DNA of 62,791 nt, the filler included. It is 8 parts of 8 records of this genome, joined end to end, with 100 filler letters (N's around TTAATTAATTAA, not from the genome) between each part and the next. Parts side by side here need not be neighbours in the genome. Positions count along the whole stretch, not along the records: positions 42,236 to 47,532 come from SRR31147125_19156; positions 47,633 to 55,599 come from SRR31147125_19171; 6 more parts are not named here. The stretch is one strand, 5' to 3'. Position 1 is the first letter of the stretch. Each line of letters starts with the position of its first letter. A program made the position numbers and the translations under genes. This document shows positions 43,022 through 54,638 of this stretch, one piece after another. The notes beneath the pieces are model-generated. The model had not been told where the DNA came from and did not search any database. It saw only the letters and a program-made list of their open reading frames with translations.

Positions 43022-43729
43022 TTATTCCTTTGGCACAACAAACTTATACCCAACACTACGGATAGTTCTTATAAAACTTGCTTCCTCTGGGCTATCTTCG
43101 ATTTTAAGCCTAAGTTGACTTACATGAACATCAACAGTTCTGGTTTCACCAAAATAATCATAACCCCAAACTTCATCTAGGAGCTGCTTTCTTGTTAACG
43201 CTCTTCCTTCATTCTTCATAAAATAGTACAAAAGATCAAACTCTTTTGTTTTTAGTTCAATAGGAACATCATTTTTATAAGCCTCTCTTGTAACTGGGCT
43301 TATCCTTAAGTTATGCAATTCAATCTCTTTGTTGTCATCCTTTTGAACCTGTCTATCAATTCTACGCAGTATAGCCCGCACTCTTGCAATAACTTCTCTA
43401 ACAGAAAACGGCTTAACAATATAATCATCTGCTCCAAGCTCTAGTCCAAGAACTCTGTCGCCCTCTTCACCTCTTGCAGTAAGCATAATGATTATGATAT
43501 CTTTAGTCTTTTCGTTTTCTCTGATTCTTCTTGATATCTCAAACCCGTCGATACCAGGAAGCATAAGGTCTAAAAGAACAACATCTGGAGGATTATCCAT
43601 TATGGCCATTAAACCTTCTTCTCCGCTTAAAAAAGCTTTCGCTTCAAAGTCGGAGCTTTTGAGTTTATAAATCAAAAGCTCACTTATGTGCTTATCATCT
43701 TCAATAACATAGATAGAATTTTTGCTCAA
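43022..43729 (-). CDS. phoP: OmpR-family response regulator (PhoP/PhoB)
   Basis: LLDLMLPG, GLELGADDYIVKPF and TRTVDVHV motifs; located in the pst operon. Confidence 0.9.
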   Translation of the reverse strand: MSKNSIYVIEDDKHISELLIYKLKSSDFEAKAFLSGEEGLMAIMDNPPDVVLLDLMLPGIDGFEISRRIRENEKTKDIIIIMLTARGEEGDRVLGLELGADDYIVKPFSVREVIARVRAILRRIDRQVQKDDNKEIELHNLRISPVTREAYKNDVPIELKTKEFDLLYYFMKNEGRALTRKQLLDEVWGYDYFGETRTVDVHVSQLRLKIEDSPEEASFIRTIRSVGYKFVVPKE

Positions 43730-43744
43730 AACATTTTCCTTTCA

Positions 43745-44404
43745 CTAACGAGTAATACGTTTATGCTTTCCTGTTTTGTTAAACACAACCCATTCACCAA
43801 TATTCACAGCGTGATCAGCAATTTTTTCGAAGTACTTTGTTATGTTCATAAGTTGAATAGCTTGCTCAGTAACAGCAGTATTGCTTTTAATTATGCCAAG
43901 AAGCTCTTCATTTATCTTGCTGTATAGCCAGTTTACTTCATAATCTGCTTTACATGCTTCTTTAGCTAACTCTACATCTTCTCTCATAAATGCTGTTATC
44001 ACCTGGTTAACCATAGATCTTGCCATATTTGCAAGTCTTGGTAAGTCTATTAGTGGTTTAACGTATTTCTCTTCTTTTATATCTAATAGTATACTACAAA
44101 TATCCTCTGCATGGTCAGCAATTCTTTCAAGATCAGTAATAATTTTAAAAGTACTTGTAATAGATCTCATGTCATCAGCCATAGGAGCTTGACGTAAAAG
44201 AATATCTATGCAAAGTTTTTCAATCTTTCTCTCGATCTTATCTATTGCATCATCACCATCAACAACTTCTTGAGCAATTGTCATATCTTTTTCTTCCATA
44301 GCTTTTATAGTTTTTTCTATAGCAGTTTCTGTAAGAGAAAGCATTTCAACAAGCTTTTCATGCAGCTTATCTAAATCCTCTTGAAACGTAATTCTATGCA
44401 TCAT
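43745..44404 (-). CDS. phoU: Phosphate signalling protein PhoU
   Basis: RQAPMADDMR, DLERIADHA and EKIADHAVNI motifs. Confidence 0.95.
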   Translation of the reverse strand: MMHRITFQEDLDKLHEKLVEMLSLTETAIEKTIKAMEEKDMTIAQEVVDGDDAIDKIERKIEKLCIDILLRQAPMADDMRSITSTFKIITDLERIADHAEDICSILLDIKEEKYVKPLIDLPRLANMARSMVNQVITAFMREDVELAKEACKADYEVNWLYSKINEELLGIIKSNTAVTEQAIQLMNITKYFEKIADHAVNIGEWVVFNKTGKHKRITR

Positions 44405-44427
44405 AATTTCTAACCCTCCTTTAAGGT

Positions 44428-45183
44428 TTATCCAAACCTACCAGTAATATAATCATTTGTTCTTTGATCTTTTGGCATCTTGAACAACTTATCTGTTTTA
44501 TTATACTCTATAATTTCGCCTAACAAGAAAAATGCTGTTTTATCAGATATTCTTGCTGCTTGCTGCATGTTATGCGTAACTATAACAATAGTATATTCTT
44601 TTTTAAGTTGATGAATCAAGTCTTCAATCTTTAAAGTGGCAATCGGGTCAAGTGCTGATGTCGGTTCATCCATAAGTAAAACTTCTGGGCTTACCGCTAA
44701 AGCTCTTGCTATACACAACCTTTGTTGTTGTCCACCAGACATAGATAGCGCGTTTCTTGAAAGAATATCTTTAGCTTCATCCCAAAGAGCAGCTCCCTTT
44801 AGACTTTTTTCTACTATAGCATCTAACTCAGATTTTTTACGTATTCCATTAAGCTTTGGAGCATATGTAATATTATCATAAATGCTCATTGGGAATGGAT
44901 TTGGTTTTTGGAACACCATTCCAACTCTTCTTCTAAGATCAATAACGTCAAAAGATTTATCATATACATCTTCGTTATCGAGTAGTATTTTTCCTTCTAC
45001 TCTTGTTCCTTCAATTGTATCATTAATTCTGTTCAACGTCCTTAAAACTGTAGATTTACCACAGCCAGAAGGTCCAATGAACGCAACAACTTCTTTTTCA
45101 TTGACTTGAAGGCTTACGTTTTTTATAGCATGAAAATCACTATAGTAAAAATCCAAGTCCTTCACTTCCATTTTATAGCTCAT
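44428..45183 (-). CDS. pstB: Phosphate ABC transporter ATPase
   Basis: [33 protein letters not shown] and YITGRFG motifs. Confidence 0.97.
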   Translation of the reverse strand: MSYKMEVKDLDFYYSDFHAIKNVSLQVNEKEVVAFIGPSGCGKSTVLRTLNRINDTIEGTRVEGKILLDNEDVYDKSFDVIDLRRRVGMVFQKPNPFPMSIYDNITYAPKLNGIRKKSELDAIVEKSLKGAALWDEAKDILSRNALSMSGGQQQRLCIARALAVSPEVLLMDEPTSALDPIATLKIEDLIHQLKKEYTIVIVTHNMQQAARISDKTAFFLLGEIIEYNKTDKLFKMPKDQRTNDYITGRFG

Positions 45184-45195
45184 CGTTTTCTCCTT

Positions 45196-46635
45196 TTATG
45201 CTACGTTTTTCATCTTATCGTATTTTTCAACAAGTTTTGTTCCAAGGTTAACAAAAACAATCATAACTATAGTAACAATACCCATTGCACATGCAAGCTC
45301 AATATCTCCTGTCTCTTTAGCAACAATATACGTCCTAACTGTAATTGTAGAAGCACCTTGTAATATTCCTTCTGGTATTCTTGCAACTGTTCCCGCTGTA
45401 AGAACTAGCGCCGCTGATTCTGCAACTATTCTACCAATAGAAAGCAATATACCAACAGTTATACCAGAAATACAGTTAGGTAAAACGATATGGAATACTG
45501 TTTCAAGCTTACTTCTTCCAAGAGCATAAGATCCTTCTCTAAGCGCGTTTGGAACCCTTAGTATAGCTTCTTCTGTTTGACCAATCAATATTGGCAACAG
45601 CATAATACTTAGTGTAAATGCACCAGATAATAGTGAAAAACCTAATTTTAATGTTGTAACAAAAACAAGCATACCAAACAGACCGTATATAATCGAAGGT
45701 ATTCCTGCCAAACATCCTGTTGCAAATCTTATAAGATTTAAAAGTTTTCCTTTTTTAGCGTACTCTGCCAAGTATACTGCACTAAATATAGATATTGGCA
45801 TAGCTATTAAAAGCGAAAGTAGAATCATAGCAAATGTATTTACCACAAGTGGAAAAACACCTTCGCCAGGTCTTATAATTTTAATTCTAATCTTACCTTG
45901 TTTTACATTCGCATATTCCTCTTCAAAATCACTTATCGAAATATCTGAAGTAGTTATTTGATCAAACTTTTCTATTAGATCGCCTTTTCTAAGTGAATAT
46001 GAAACGTTCTTTATCGTTGTTATATATGATTTTTTATAAGGAGAAGTACCATGTACTTTCACAACTTCTAAAAAAGTTCCATCAGCAAATTCTCTTTGTA
46101 CTAAATCTAAGCCAAACCCAAAACCGCTTGAAAAATCTATATTCTTCTTTACTTTTTTATATTCCAAAATAGCTTCGCTCTGCGGCAAAGTAGCACCTTG
46201 TGGTATCACCTCAAAAGGAAGCGTCTTAGATTGTAATTCCTGTGCCATTGCATCAATCTCTTCAACACTCATTCCTTCAACAGACTTACCATCTATGCTT
46301 AAAATTATATCCCCAGCTTTTGTTGCAGTTTTAACTTTTTCGACTTCTTTTTCTGTTCCATCCTTAAGCATAGAATCTTTATCAATCGATTCAACGCTTA
46401 TATACTCCTTTTTGCCGTGTTTTTCTATACCAACTTCAATTCCAAGGTCTCCGGTGTTTTCAACCTCAACGTAAGTAACTTCATCGTCAAAATCAGCTGA
46501 TAAAAAATGCCAGCTCAACTTCGTTGCACCTTTATATACAACAAACCCTAAAATAAGCGCTAAAAAACCAACAACAATTGCCCCAGAGATAATCATCAAC
46601 GATTTATATATTTTATCTTTTATTTTCGCACTCAT
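45196..46635 (-). CDS. pstA: Phosphate ABC permease PstA with an insertion of about 210 aa containing two PDZ-like segments
   Basis: AVYLAEY, LAGIPSIIYGLFG, REGSYALG and GRIVAESA motifs; soluble insert after TM1. Confidence 0.92.
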   Translation of the reverse strand: MSAKIKDKIYKSLMIISGAIVVGFLALILGFVVYKGATKLSWHFLSADFDDEVTYVEVENTGDLGIEVGIEKHGKKEYISVESIDKDSMLKDGTEKEVEKVKTATKAGDIILSIDGKSVEGMSVEEIDAMAQELQSKTLPFEVIPQGATLPQSEAILEYKKVKKNIDFSSGFGFGLDLVQREFADGTFLEVVKVHGTSPYKKSYITTIKNVSYSLRKGDLIEKFDQITTSDISISDFEEEYANVKQGKIRIKIIRPGEGVFPLVVNTFAMILLSLLIAMPISIFSAVYLAEYAKKGKLLNLIRFATGCLAGIPSIIYGLFGMLVFVTTLKLGFSLLSGAFTLSIMLLPILIGQTEEAILRVPNALREGSYALGRSKLETVFHIVLPNCISGITVGILLSIGRIVAESAALVLTAGTVARIPEGILQGASTITVRTYIVAKETGDIELACAMGIVTIVMIVFVNLGTKLVEKYDKMKNVA

Positions 46636-46637
46636 AA

Positions 46638-47532
46638 TTAATATTTACCCATCTTTTCAGTAATTCTTTGCATAATATAATTGATTATGATAATAAATAT
46701 CATAAGAATTGCACCTGTTGAGAACAGTACTTCTGCATGCAAGCCAGCAGCATATCCCATCTCTAGAACAACATTTGTTGTAAGTGGCCTTACTTGCGAG
46801 AATATGCTTTTTGGAAGACCAGCAATGTTGTTACCCGCAACCAATATAACCGCCATAGCTTCACCAATAGCACGACCAACACCCAAAATAACACCAACTA
46901 AAATTCCGCGCCTTGCAGCAGGAATAACAACATGAATGGTTGTATATGTTTTTGAAGCACCAAGTGCATAAGATGCACTTCTAAACTCTTTTGGAACACT
47001 GCTTATCGCATTTTCTGCTAACGCTATCATAGTAGGTAAAATCATCATGGTTAAAACAATTATAACCGCCAGCAATGATTGTCCTCTTCCTTCTGGTGAA
47101 AACTTATCTATCATAGGTACTATAAACCCAAGTCCAAAAACACCATAGATTACAGAAGGTATCCCTGCTAAAAGCAATACTCCAGCTTTAATAACTTTTG
47201 CAACCTTTTCGTTTGCTATCTCAGCCAAATATGCCGCTGCAAAAACGCTGATTGGCAAACCAATAATAACCGCTCCTAATGTTCCAAGTACAGAACCTAC
47301 TATCATATAAAGTATTCCGTACTTTGCTTTACTTAAATCATCATTAGGACGCCACTCTAAACCAGAGATAAACTCCCAAAAAGAATATGTTCCTTCTTTG
47401 TTTCCTGGTATAAAGGGTTGAATACCTTTTGATAGAATAAATATAGCAATAAAAGCAACAGCAAAAATTGTGATTACAGACGAGAATCTAAATACACCCT
47501 GAACAGTGTTCTCAAATAGTCTTTTGTTTTTT
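46638..47532 (-). CDS. pstC: Phosphate ABC permease PstC, 5' truncated
   Basis: LAGIPSVIYG, ASYALGA and GRAIGEAMAV motifs; the frame stays open to the contig end. Confidence 0.93.
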
Positions 47533-47632
47533 NNNNNNNNNNNNNNNNNNNNNNNNNNNNNNNNNNNNNNNNNNNNTTAATTAATTAANNNNNNNNNNNN
47601 NNNNNNNNNNNNNNNNNNNNNNNNNNNNNNNN
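47533..47632. other. Artificial contig spacer
   Basis: N-run with TTAATTAATTAA. Confidence 0.99.
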
Positions 47633-48242
47633 TTTGACAAACAAGGTCAGAAGAAAACCCTATTCGGTTGTTTTGTTTGATGAGGTGGAAAAGGCCCACC
47701 CCGATGTGTTCAACCTTTTTCTCCAGCTTTTTGACGACGGCAGACTCACCGACAGCCAGGGCCAGGTGATCAATTTTTCCAACACCATCATTTTGATGAC
47801 ATCAAACCTGGGGTCCGAGTTTATCCAGCCCGTTGAGACCGAAGAAGATGCCCAGTCCATGAACCAGGGCATCATGGCGGCTGTGCGGTCCCATTTCCGT
47901 CCGGAATTCCTCAACCGCCTGGACGATATTCTGGTCTTTGCCCAGCTTACCATGGATGTCATGAAACCCATTGTGGAGATTCAGCTCAACCGGCTGAACC
48001 GGCTCCTTTCCGACAGACAGATCACGCTTTCGGTGGATGACCAGGTCAAAGACCTCATTGCAAGGGAAGGATTCAACCCCCTATACGGGGCAAGGCCCCT
48101 GAAACGGGTGATACAGGCCCGGCTCCAGGATCTTCTGGCCGAAAGGATCATCCAGGGGGAGATAAAAGACGGTCAGCGTGTTCAGGTCACTGCTGATGAG
48201 GATCAAATTATTATCAGTGCCGCGGAGAATAACGGTCAATGA
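47633..48242 (+). CDS. ClpB/ClpV-family AAA+ ATPase, C-terminal part
   Basis: PYSVVLFDEVEKAHPDV, DDGRLTD, FRPEFLNRLD and YGARPLKR motifs; stop overlaps the tssM-like start (ATGA). Confidence 0.9.
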
Positions 48243-51200
48243 ACCTGGTTAAAAAAATATTTGCCAATCCCTATCTCCAAAGCATGGTGCCTGACAGCAC
48301 CCTTGCCAAGATGGCCATGTTTCTGGTTCTGGTGCTCATCTGTCTTCTGGTCTATTTAATCATCAAACGGAGAAAAAAGGCGGATGCAGCCGGGGCCCAA
48401 CCTGAGCCGGATCAGGAACCGGGGCTGGCTCCCGGGAGCCTGAAACGGATCTGGAAACAATTTTTAAAAACAATTCCGGTCCGGTTTCGAAGATCCATTT
48501 TAATGTACCAGCCCTATATTGTGCTGGGTGAGGCAGGAAGCGGCAAAACAAGTTTGATCACCGCCTATACGGACTGGAAAAATCAGGCCAACCAATTTTA
48601 CCCCAGCCTCACCCAGGATACCCTGGTGCAGGTCTATCTGGGATCAAGAATCGTGGTACAGGAAATTTCGGCATCCCTGCTCAGGGATACGAGCATGGAG
48701 ACCCGGAAAGCCCTGAAAAACCTGTGGAAATCCTTTAAGTCCAAGAAAACCCTATCCGTTATCATTGCCATACGGGGAGAGGACCTGATCACAGGAGACC
48801 CTGACAGCCTCAGGGAACAGGCCCAGATGATCCGGGGAAAGCTCAATATCCTGTCGGAAATGTTGAGACAACCGGTCCCGGTCAAGATTTGTCTGACCTT
48901 TATGAACCAGATGACCGGATTTTCACAGGTCTCAAGGTTTATGGAAAAAAACGGGATCCCGGTTGAACTGAAAACCGCCGACAATTCGGGGCTGGCCGAT
49001 CTTAAAGAGGGGTTTTCCCCCTTTGAAAAATACCTTGTCAATGCACTGGTTTCAGAATCCCCAAAAGACTATCTTGGGATCCTTTCATTCTTCAGGAAAG
49101 GGCCTGACCTTTTGGCAGGGATCTCACGGTTTGCCCGGATACTGACTGACACGGATCCCCTCTCTGCCGCCCCTGCCGTGACAGGGATTTATTTTACCGC
49201 CTCCGCCCTGGAACAGGACAAGCCCCTGTCCAATCCCTTTAAGCCCAAGGTTTCCATCAAAAAACTGAGGGCCACCCATCCCCGGAATAAACACAGGATC
49301 GCCGCTGCCGTCCTTGCTGCAGCCGGTATTTTTTATCTGGGGTTTTCCTATACCTATAAACTGAATTTGACCCGCCAGATAACAAAAGACCTGGATGAGA
49401 TTCATGAAAAGGGGATCCGGACAGGACTGACCGGGGACCCATTGTTTTCCCGGGCCTCAGAAATGATCAAGGCATGGGAAAGGGCTGGGCAAAAAGATCT
49501 AAGCCCCAGGTTTTTGATTGATTTTTTCCCTGATGCCCAGGCACAAATCCAAGACAGAATGAAAGAGATCAGAACCGCCCTGCGCGGGCAAATCGTCGAA
49601 AATGTCCTGGAACCGGAACTGGTTTCCCTTGGCCGGGGAACGGAAGGGGAAGGGAAAACCTGCTCCTCCTGGCCCTGATTTACGCATCAAATGCCAATGA
49701 ACTGGGTAAACTCATCCATGACCATATGGATCTGTGGACAGATACCTGCCATCTGCCGGCGGAATTGATTTTAGGGTATATCCGGTTCAGTGATCAATCC
49801 TGGCAAAAGTCCATTGCCCTTGACGGGCGGCTGAAACGGCAGAAAGGGGGCCATGCACCCAGGGCGCGTTCCTGGATCCATTATTTAAAACGAATTGAAA
49901 CATATGAAAAAAAATCTTTTATTCCCCCCAGAACCCTTGCACGGCTCCAGGCTGAGGCGGGGCGGCACGTCACCGGAATTCAGCAGTCCCTCCGGGATGA
50001 TTGGTTCGGACACCTGAAAAAACGTCTGGCCGAAGAAACCGTCCTGAAAGACGATCTTGTACCGGCCCTGTCCGTGGGGCAGAACCATGAAAATGACCTT
50101 AAGGCATTTAAGGCTTTCCTCCTTTTTTTGAAAATCTGAGGGTCGAGCGGTTTGATACGGACCAGATCCATCTGGCAGCAATGTTTGAAAAACTGGAGGT
50201 CATGGCCGGGTATGAAGAAAAACAGAATTTGGATTTTCAGTTTAATCTCGGAGGGCAGGATTTTTATTTTAATTCCGGAGAATTGCACGATTTAATGACA
50301 AAGACCGCTATGGCCGTGCTGCTCCAGGATTTTATCAGTGCCCACGGCCGTTTACCGGGCCAATCTTTTTTTCATCCGGCAGATGAGTACCAAGGGCTGG
50401 TTGTGGAGATTTCTGCAAAAGAGCAGTTTTATTTTACAAAACGGGCCGTGATTGACGGACGGTATACCAAAGCCGTCTATGATGACCAGGTAAAACCCGT
50501 TTTGGAGAAACTGCCGGATCTTCTGGCAGGTCTGCCGGTGTCACGGCCGGTAAAGCAGCGGTTTGAAAATTTCATGTCCAGGGAAGTGGACGCCTATATT
50601 CAAAATTATATTCAGGCCTATGAAAAATACTATCGGGGATTCAGGCTCGACGCAGATTCAGAAGCGGAGCTCAGGTTTGTTTTAACCCGGATGACCCTTC
50701 CCGTATCCAGCTTCCAGGAATTTTTAGGCCTGATCAATGAAAATATCTCCCTGGAACTGAAAGATAATATTTATTTTGATCTGATTAAATCACGGCTGCG
50801 GCATTTAAACTTCATCCCCATGCTCATGGCGGCGCCAAAGGGCGGGCTGCCCGAGCTTGAAAAATACAAGGCCATATTAAGACAGATCCGGGAAGACCTG
50901 TCTGCCGCTGCCAAACCGGAAAAGACAGATAAGGGCGCAGAATTTGTCGATCTGAAATCCATGCTCCCTCCATTGGGCAGGATCAGCCTGGATATCTTCC
51001 TTGACGGGCCCGGCTCCTACAGGAATCTGATTTTAAAATGGGGAACCGGCCTTGGCATCCCTGATAGATGGATCGCCCCCTTTGTGCAGCCGGTTGATCA
51101 GCTTTATCTTCTGGGCCGGGCCCAGATCGAAAATTTAATGGAGACCCGCTGGCAACATCTTGAAACCGCCTGTGTTTCGCCGGTGCTGGACAAATTCCCC

Positions 51201-51854
51201 TTCAACCCCAAGGCTGCAGCCGTGGCAGGTCCTGAAGCCATCAGAAAACTGGCCCATCCGTCAGGAATGTTCTGGTCGGACTTTTCAAAATTTTTGGCCC
51301 CCATGTGCCAAAAGAACGGAAACGGCGCCTGGCAAAAACGGCCCTCAACCCAGGCGGCCCTGAACTATCCTGCTGCCATGTTTGACCGGGTGAATTACCT
51401 GAAAAAACTGTCCAGGGTCTTTTACACCCCCCAGGGAGACCCCAGGCCCATAGCATTTGAAGTCATGCCCCATCCCCTCCCATCCAGGGAGAAGAAATTG
51501 CTCTTTGTGGTGCTGTCCTATCTTCGGTCCGGCAAAATGTCGGTATTCGGGTTTAACCAGCAGCCGACCTGGCACGGGTTTTCCTATGAATGGTGGAACC
51601 AGGAAACCGCATCTGTGGGGGTGGAATTCATGGAAAAAACCGATGCGCCCGTAAAGCTGTTTTCAAACATTGCAGAACCCAAGGCATTTTGGAGCCTATA
51701 CCGGCTGCTGGACCAGGCGGACACCCCAGAGCCCGGGACCTGGATGTGGGAGGTCAAAAGCCCGGGGGATGTCAAATGGAACCGGGCGGTCTCCTTTTCC
51801 ATCCGCCCTGACCCCTGGGCCCTGTTAACCCCTTTTAACCGGGATAATGAATGA
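48239..51854 (+). CDS. tssM: T6SS membrane protein TssM/IcmF (PdpB-like), about 1200 aa, split by indels near 49650 and 50125
   Basis: N-terminal TM, Walker A GEAGSGKT, second TM, C-terminal KFPFNP; the three ORFs join through homopolymer runs. Confidence 0.8.
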
Positions 51855-52329
51855 GATGATGAAGATGATGAAAATTTCGGCGTTTAAAGGTGTCCTTCCT
51901 GCCGTATTTATTCTTTCAGGATTGCTGTGCTGCCTGTTTTTCACGGGCTGCGGCGGGAAACAGCCGAAGGTGATATTTAAAATCAAGGCGGACAAAAGCG
52001 CCAACAGCGGGGAACCGGTCTACCTGGTTGTCCGCAAGGTCAATTCCAGTGATTTTGTGACCCAGGACTACCAGAGCATTGCAGGCATGGTGATGCTGAA
52101 CCCGCCTGATGAGACGGTGATTTCAACCAACCTGATCATTCCGGGTGAAAATATGAAAATAGAGTTTTCAAAACCGGACAACCGCTCTCTGGGGGTTTAT
52201 TGCATGTTTACCCGGCCGGACCAGTGGAAGGTTTTCATGCAAAAGCCCCTTGAAAAAAAGTACAAATTCATCCTGGAGGAAAATAATATCTTTTTAAAGG
52301 GGGATGCCCCGTTAATGAAAGAACCGTGA
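51847..52329 (+). CDS. T6SS lipoprotein (TssJ/IglE-like)
   Basis: Lipobox FTGC; follows tssM; ANSGEPVYLVV, DYQSI and WKV segments. Confidence 0.75.
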   Translation: MNEMMKMMKISAFKGVLPAVFILSGLLCCLFFTGCGGKQPKVIFKIKADKSANSGEPVYLVVRKVNSSDFVTQDYQSIAGMVMLNPPDETVISTNLIIPGENMKIEFSKPDNRSLGVYCMFTRPDQWKVFMQKPLEKKYKFILEENNIFLKGDAPLMKEP

Positions 52330-52333
52330 AATT

Positions 52334-54060
52334 ATGGACAAAGGATTTAATCTGACAATGATGGCATCGGGACTGGATCTGGACAGGTTCCAGGCGCCTG
52401 AAGACCTGCCCTGGCTCGAACAGGCACAGGGGGACAGCCTTTCCTTTTACAGGGCCGTGTGCCGGTTTCATGACAGCCGTTGGGAGGGTCCGGCCAAGAG
52501 TAAGGCGTTCTCCCATTATGATTTGTATCATGAGCTGATAACCCGGCATCTTCAACGGCAGAGACCGGCATTGATCTGGTATGACCCGTCCGGGCAGTGG
52601 CAGAAATTTTCCCATGGACAGCTTGCAAAAGAGGCTGAGCAACTGGCCGGGCAATGGGAACATCTCAAGGTGGGACCGGGATCCCTTGTCTGCATTATCA
52701 CCCCCTTTGGCCCTGATTATCTGATTGCCATGCTGGCAGGGCTTTACATGGGGGCACAGCTCTCCTTTATCCCCCCGGGGTAAAACCATGGTCGCCAAAA
52801 GGCTTGAAGTCCTGGATCCGGATCATCTCTACATAGATCCCCTTTACCTTGGCCTGCTTCCGGAAGGGGAAACCCGGGTGATGCCGGCAAAATCCAAGGA
52901 TCGGACCGACCACCCGGAAAAGGCCTCCCATACCTATATGACAGGGGACACGGTTTTTAAGTGTTTTGACCCCATGGATGCGGATCTGTTTACGCCAAAA
53001 GAGGTTTCAGTTGATTCCGTTTACCTGTCCGGCGTCCGTGACGGGCTTTTTGCCCTGAGATTAAAAGACGGGGGAACTGTGGCCGCCCCGGGCTTTAACG
53101 ATCTTCCGGCCCAGCCCGCCCTGGTCCTTTCCGTCCTTTTAAACGGCGGCGCCTTTCTCCATCTGCCCATGAAATCCATTGAAACGGATCCGGATCTGCT
53201 GGCAGTCCATCCTTTGGCCGCCCTGGGGGTCACATCCAGGCTGCGGGATATGCTCATGGCAAGACCGGTCCGGAAGGCGCGGATCTGGGATGCATGGTTC
53301 AGGGATCCGGCCGAATCTTCGGATATGGATATCTGGGACCGGTTCATCGGCAAGCTTGAACTTGAAGATATTCCGGCAGGTGCGATGCTCTGGAACACCG
53401 GCCTGGGCGGCTGTGTTTTATTTTCCTGCGCAGGAAAGGCCAGGCACTTCAGAATGTGCTCTCCCTTCCCGGCACCCGGTGGCAGCTTGCACTTGCCTCG
53501 GATGAAACCTGTGAAGCGGCCGGTGGCATGGGACTTTTCCAGGTGGATAAGGCGCCCGGGGAAATAGAACCCGCATTTTCACCGACACCCTGCATCCTGG
53601 TGGATACAGGGATGGAAAAACTATTTGTGGGTTTGAATCTGCCTGCCAGGAAGGGATCTGCCTGCCTGAAAAACAAATTATTGCCCTGGCCCAAGGGCAG
53701 GAGGGGTGCCGGAACGCCGTGCTTGTCCGGATTCCCCAGGCCGGAAAAGCCGGGGTTGAAAAGTTTCATTTGCTTATTTTTACGGGAATGGCGTCACGGA
53801 TTGATCCGGCCGGATTGATCCGGAATATATGCAGATCCATTTCTACTCACATTGGGGAGGAATGTCTGCCGGACAGGGTTTTATTGTATCCTGTTTTTCC
53901 CAGAACCCTTCAGGGAGAGGGCATTGATTCCGCCTGGTGTTCTGCCCAGTATGTGAGCGGCGGTTTGAACCGAAAGTCCAACAGCGGGGTTTTTCTGGCG
54001 ATTTCAGGCTGCGGGAGCTGGTGTTCAATGGGTGAAAACATAAGAAATAAAGCAAAATAA
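52334..54060 (+). CDS. Adenylate-forming (ANL/AMP-binding) fold protein of about 570 aa, apparently degenerate; split by several indels
   Basis: RPALIWYD...FSHGQL...LKVGPGSLVCII...IAMLAGLYMGA is an ANL N-terminus; successive ORFs 52334, 52725, 53456 and 53719 join at homopolymers. Confidence 0.65.
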
Positions 54061-54090
54061 AAGATAATCCAATAACCTTAAGGAGGCAGT

Positions 54091-54615
54091 ATGGCAATTC
54101 AGGACGAAATACCCAAATCGCGGTTGACACTGCGGTATCGGACGGAAGTGAACGGACAGCCTGAAGACTTGAGTCTTCCCATGCGGTTCCTGGTGACAGG
54201 GGATTTTTCCCAGGGGTCTTCAAAGGATAGAAAATCTGATTTAGAAGAACGCAGCACCCGGAATCTGGACGGCAAAAATACAGATGCTGTAATGAAGGAT
54301 ATGGGGATCTCCCTTGATTATGCGGTCTCCAACAAGGTCAATCCGGACCAGGAAGAAGACCTTCAGGTTAAGCTTGATTTTGACAGCATGAAATCCTTTT
54401 CCCCGGACCAGGTGGCCAAAAATGTGCCGAAAATCAAAGGCCTTTTAATGCTCAAGGAGCTTCTCCAGGAAGTGGTGTCCAATGTGGATAACCGCAAAGG
54501 ATATCGCAAGCTTTTAAACGAATTGATGAGCAATGACGAGGCCTTGAAAAAAATGATGGAAGAACTCAAGGATTTTGAAGGCTTTAAGCTGCCCTCACAA
54601 ACGTCTGAGCAATAA
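54091..54615 (+). CDS. tssB: T6SS contractile sheath small subunit (IglA-like)
   Basis: LPMRFLVTGDFS and FDSMKSFSPDQVAKNVP motifs; AGGAGG RBS. Confidence 0.93.
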   Translation: MAIQDEIPKSRLTLRYRTEVNGQPEDLSLPMRFLVTGDFSQGSSKDRKSDLEERSTRNLDGKNTDAVMKDMGISLDYAVSNKVNPDQEEDLQVKLDFDSMKSFSPDQVAKNVPKIKGLLMLKELLQEVVSNVDNRKGYRKLLNELMSNDEALKKMMEELKDFEGFKLPSQTSEQ

Positions 54616-54638
54616 TTTCAGGGAAGGGAGTAAAAGAT

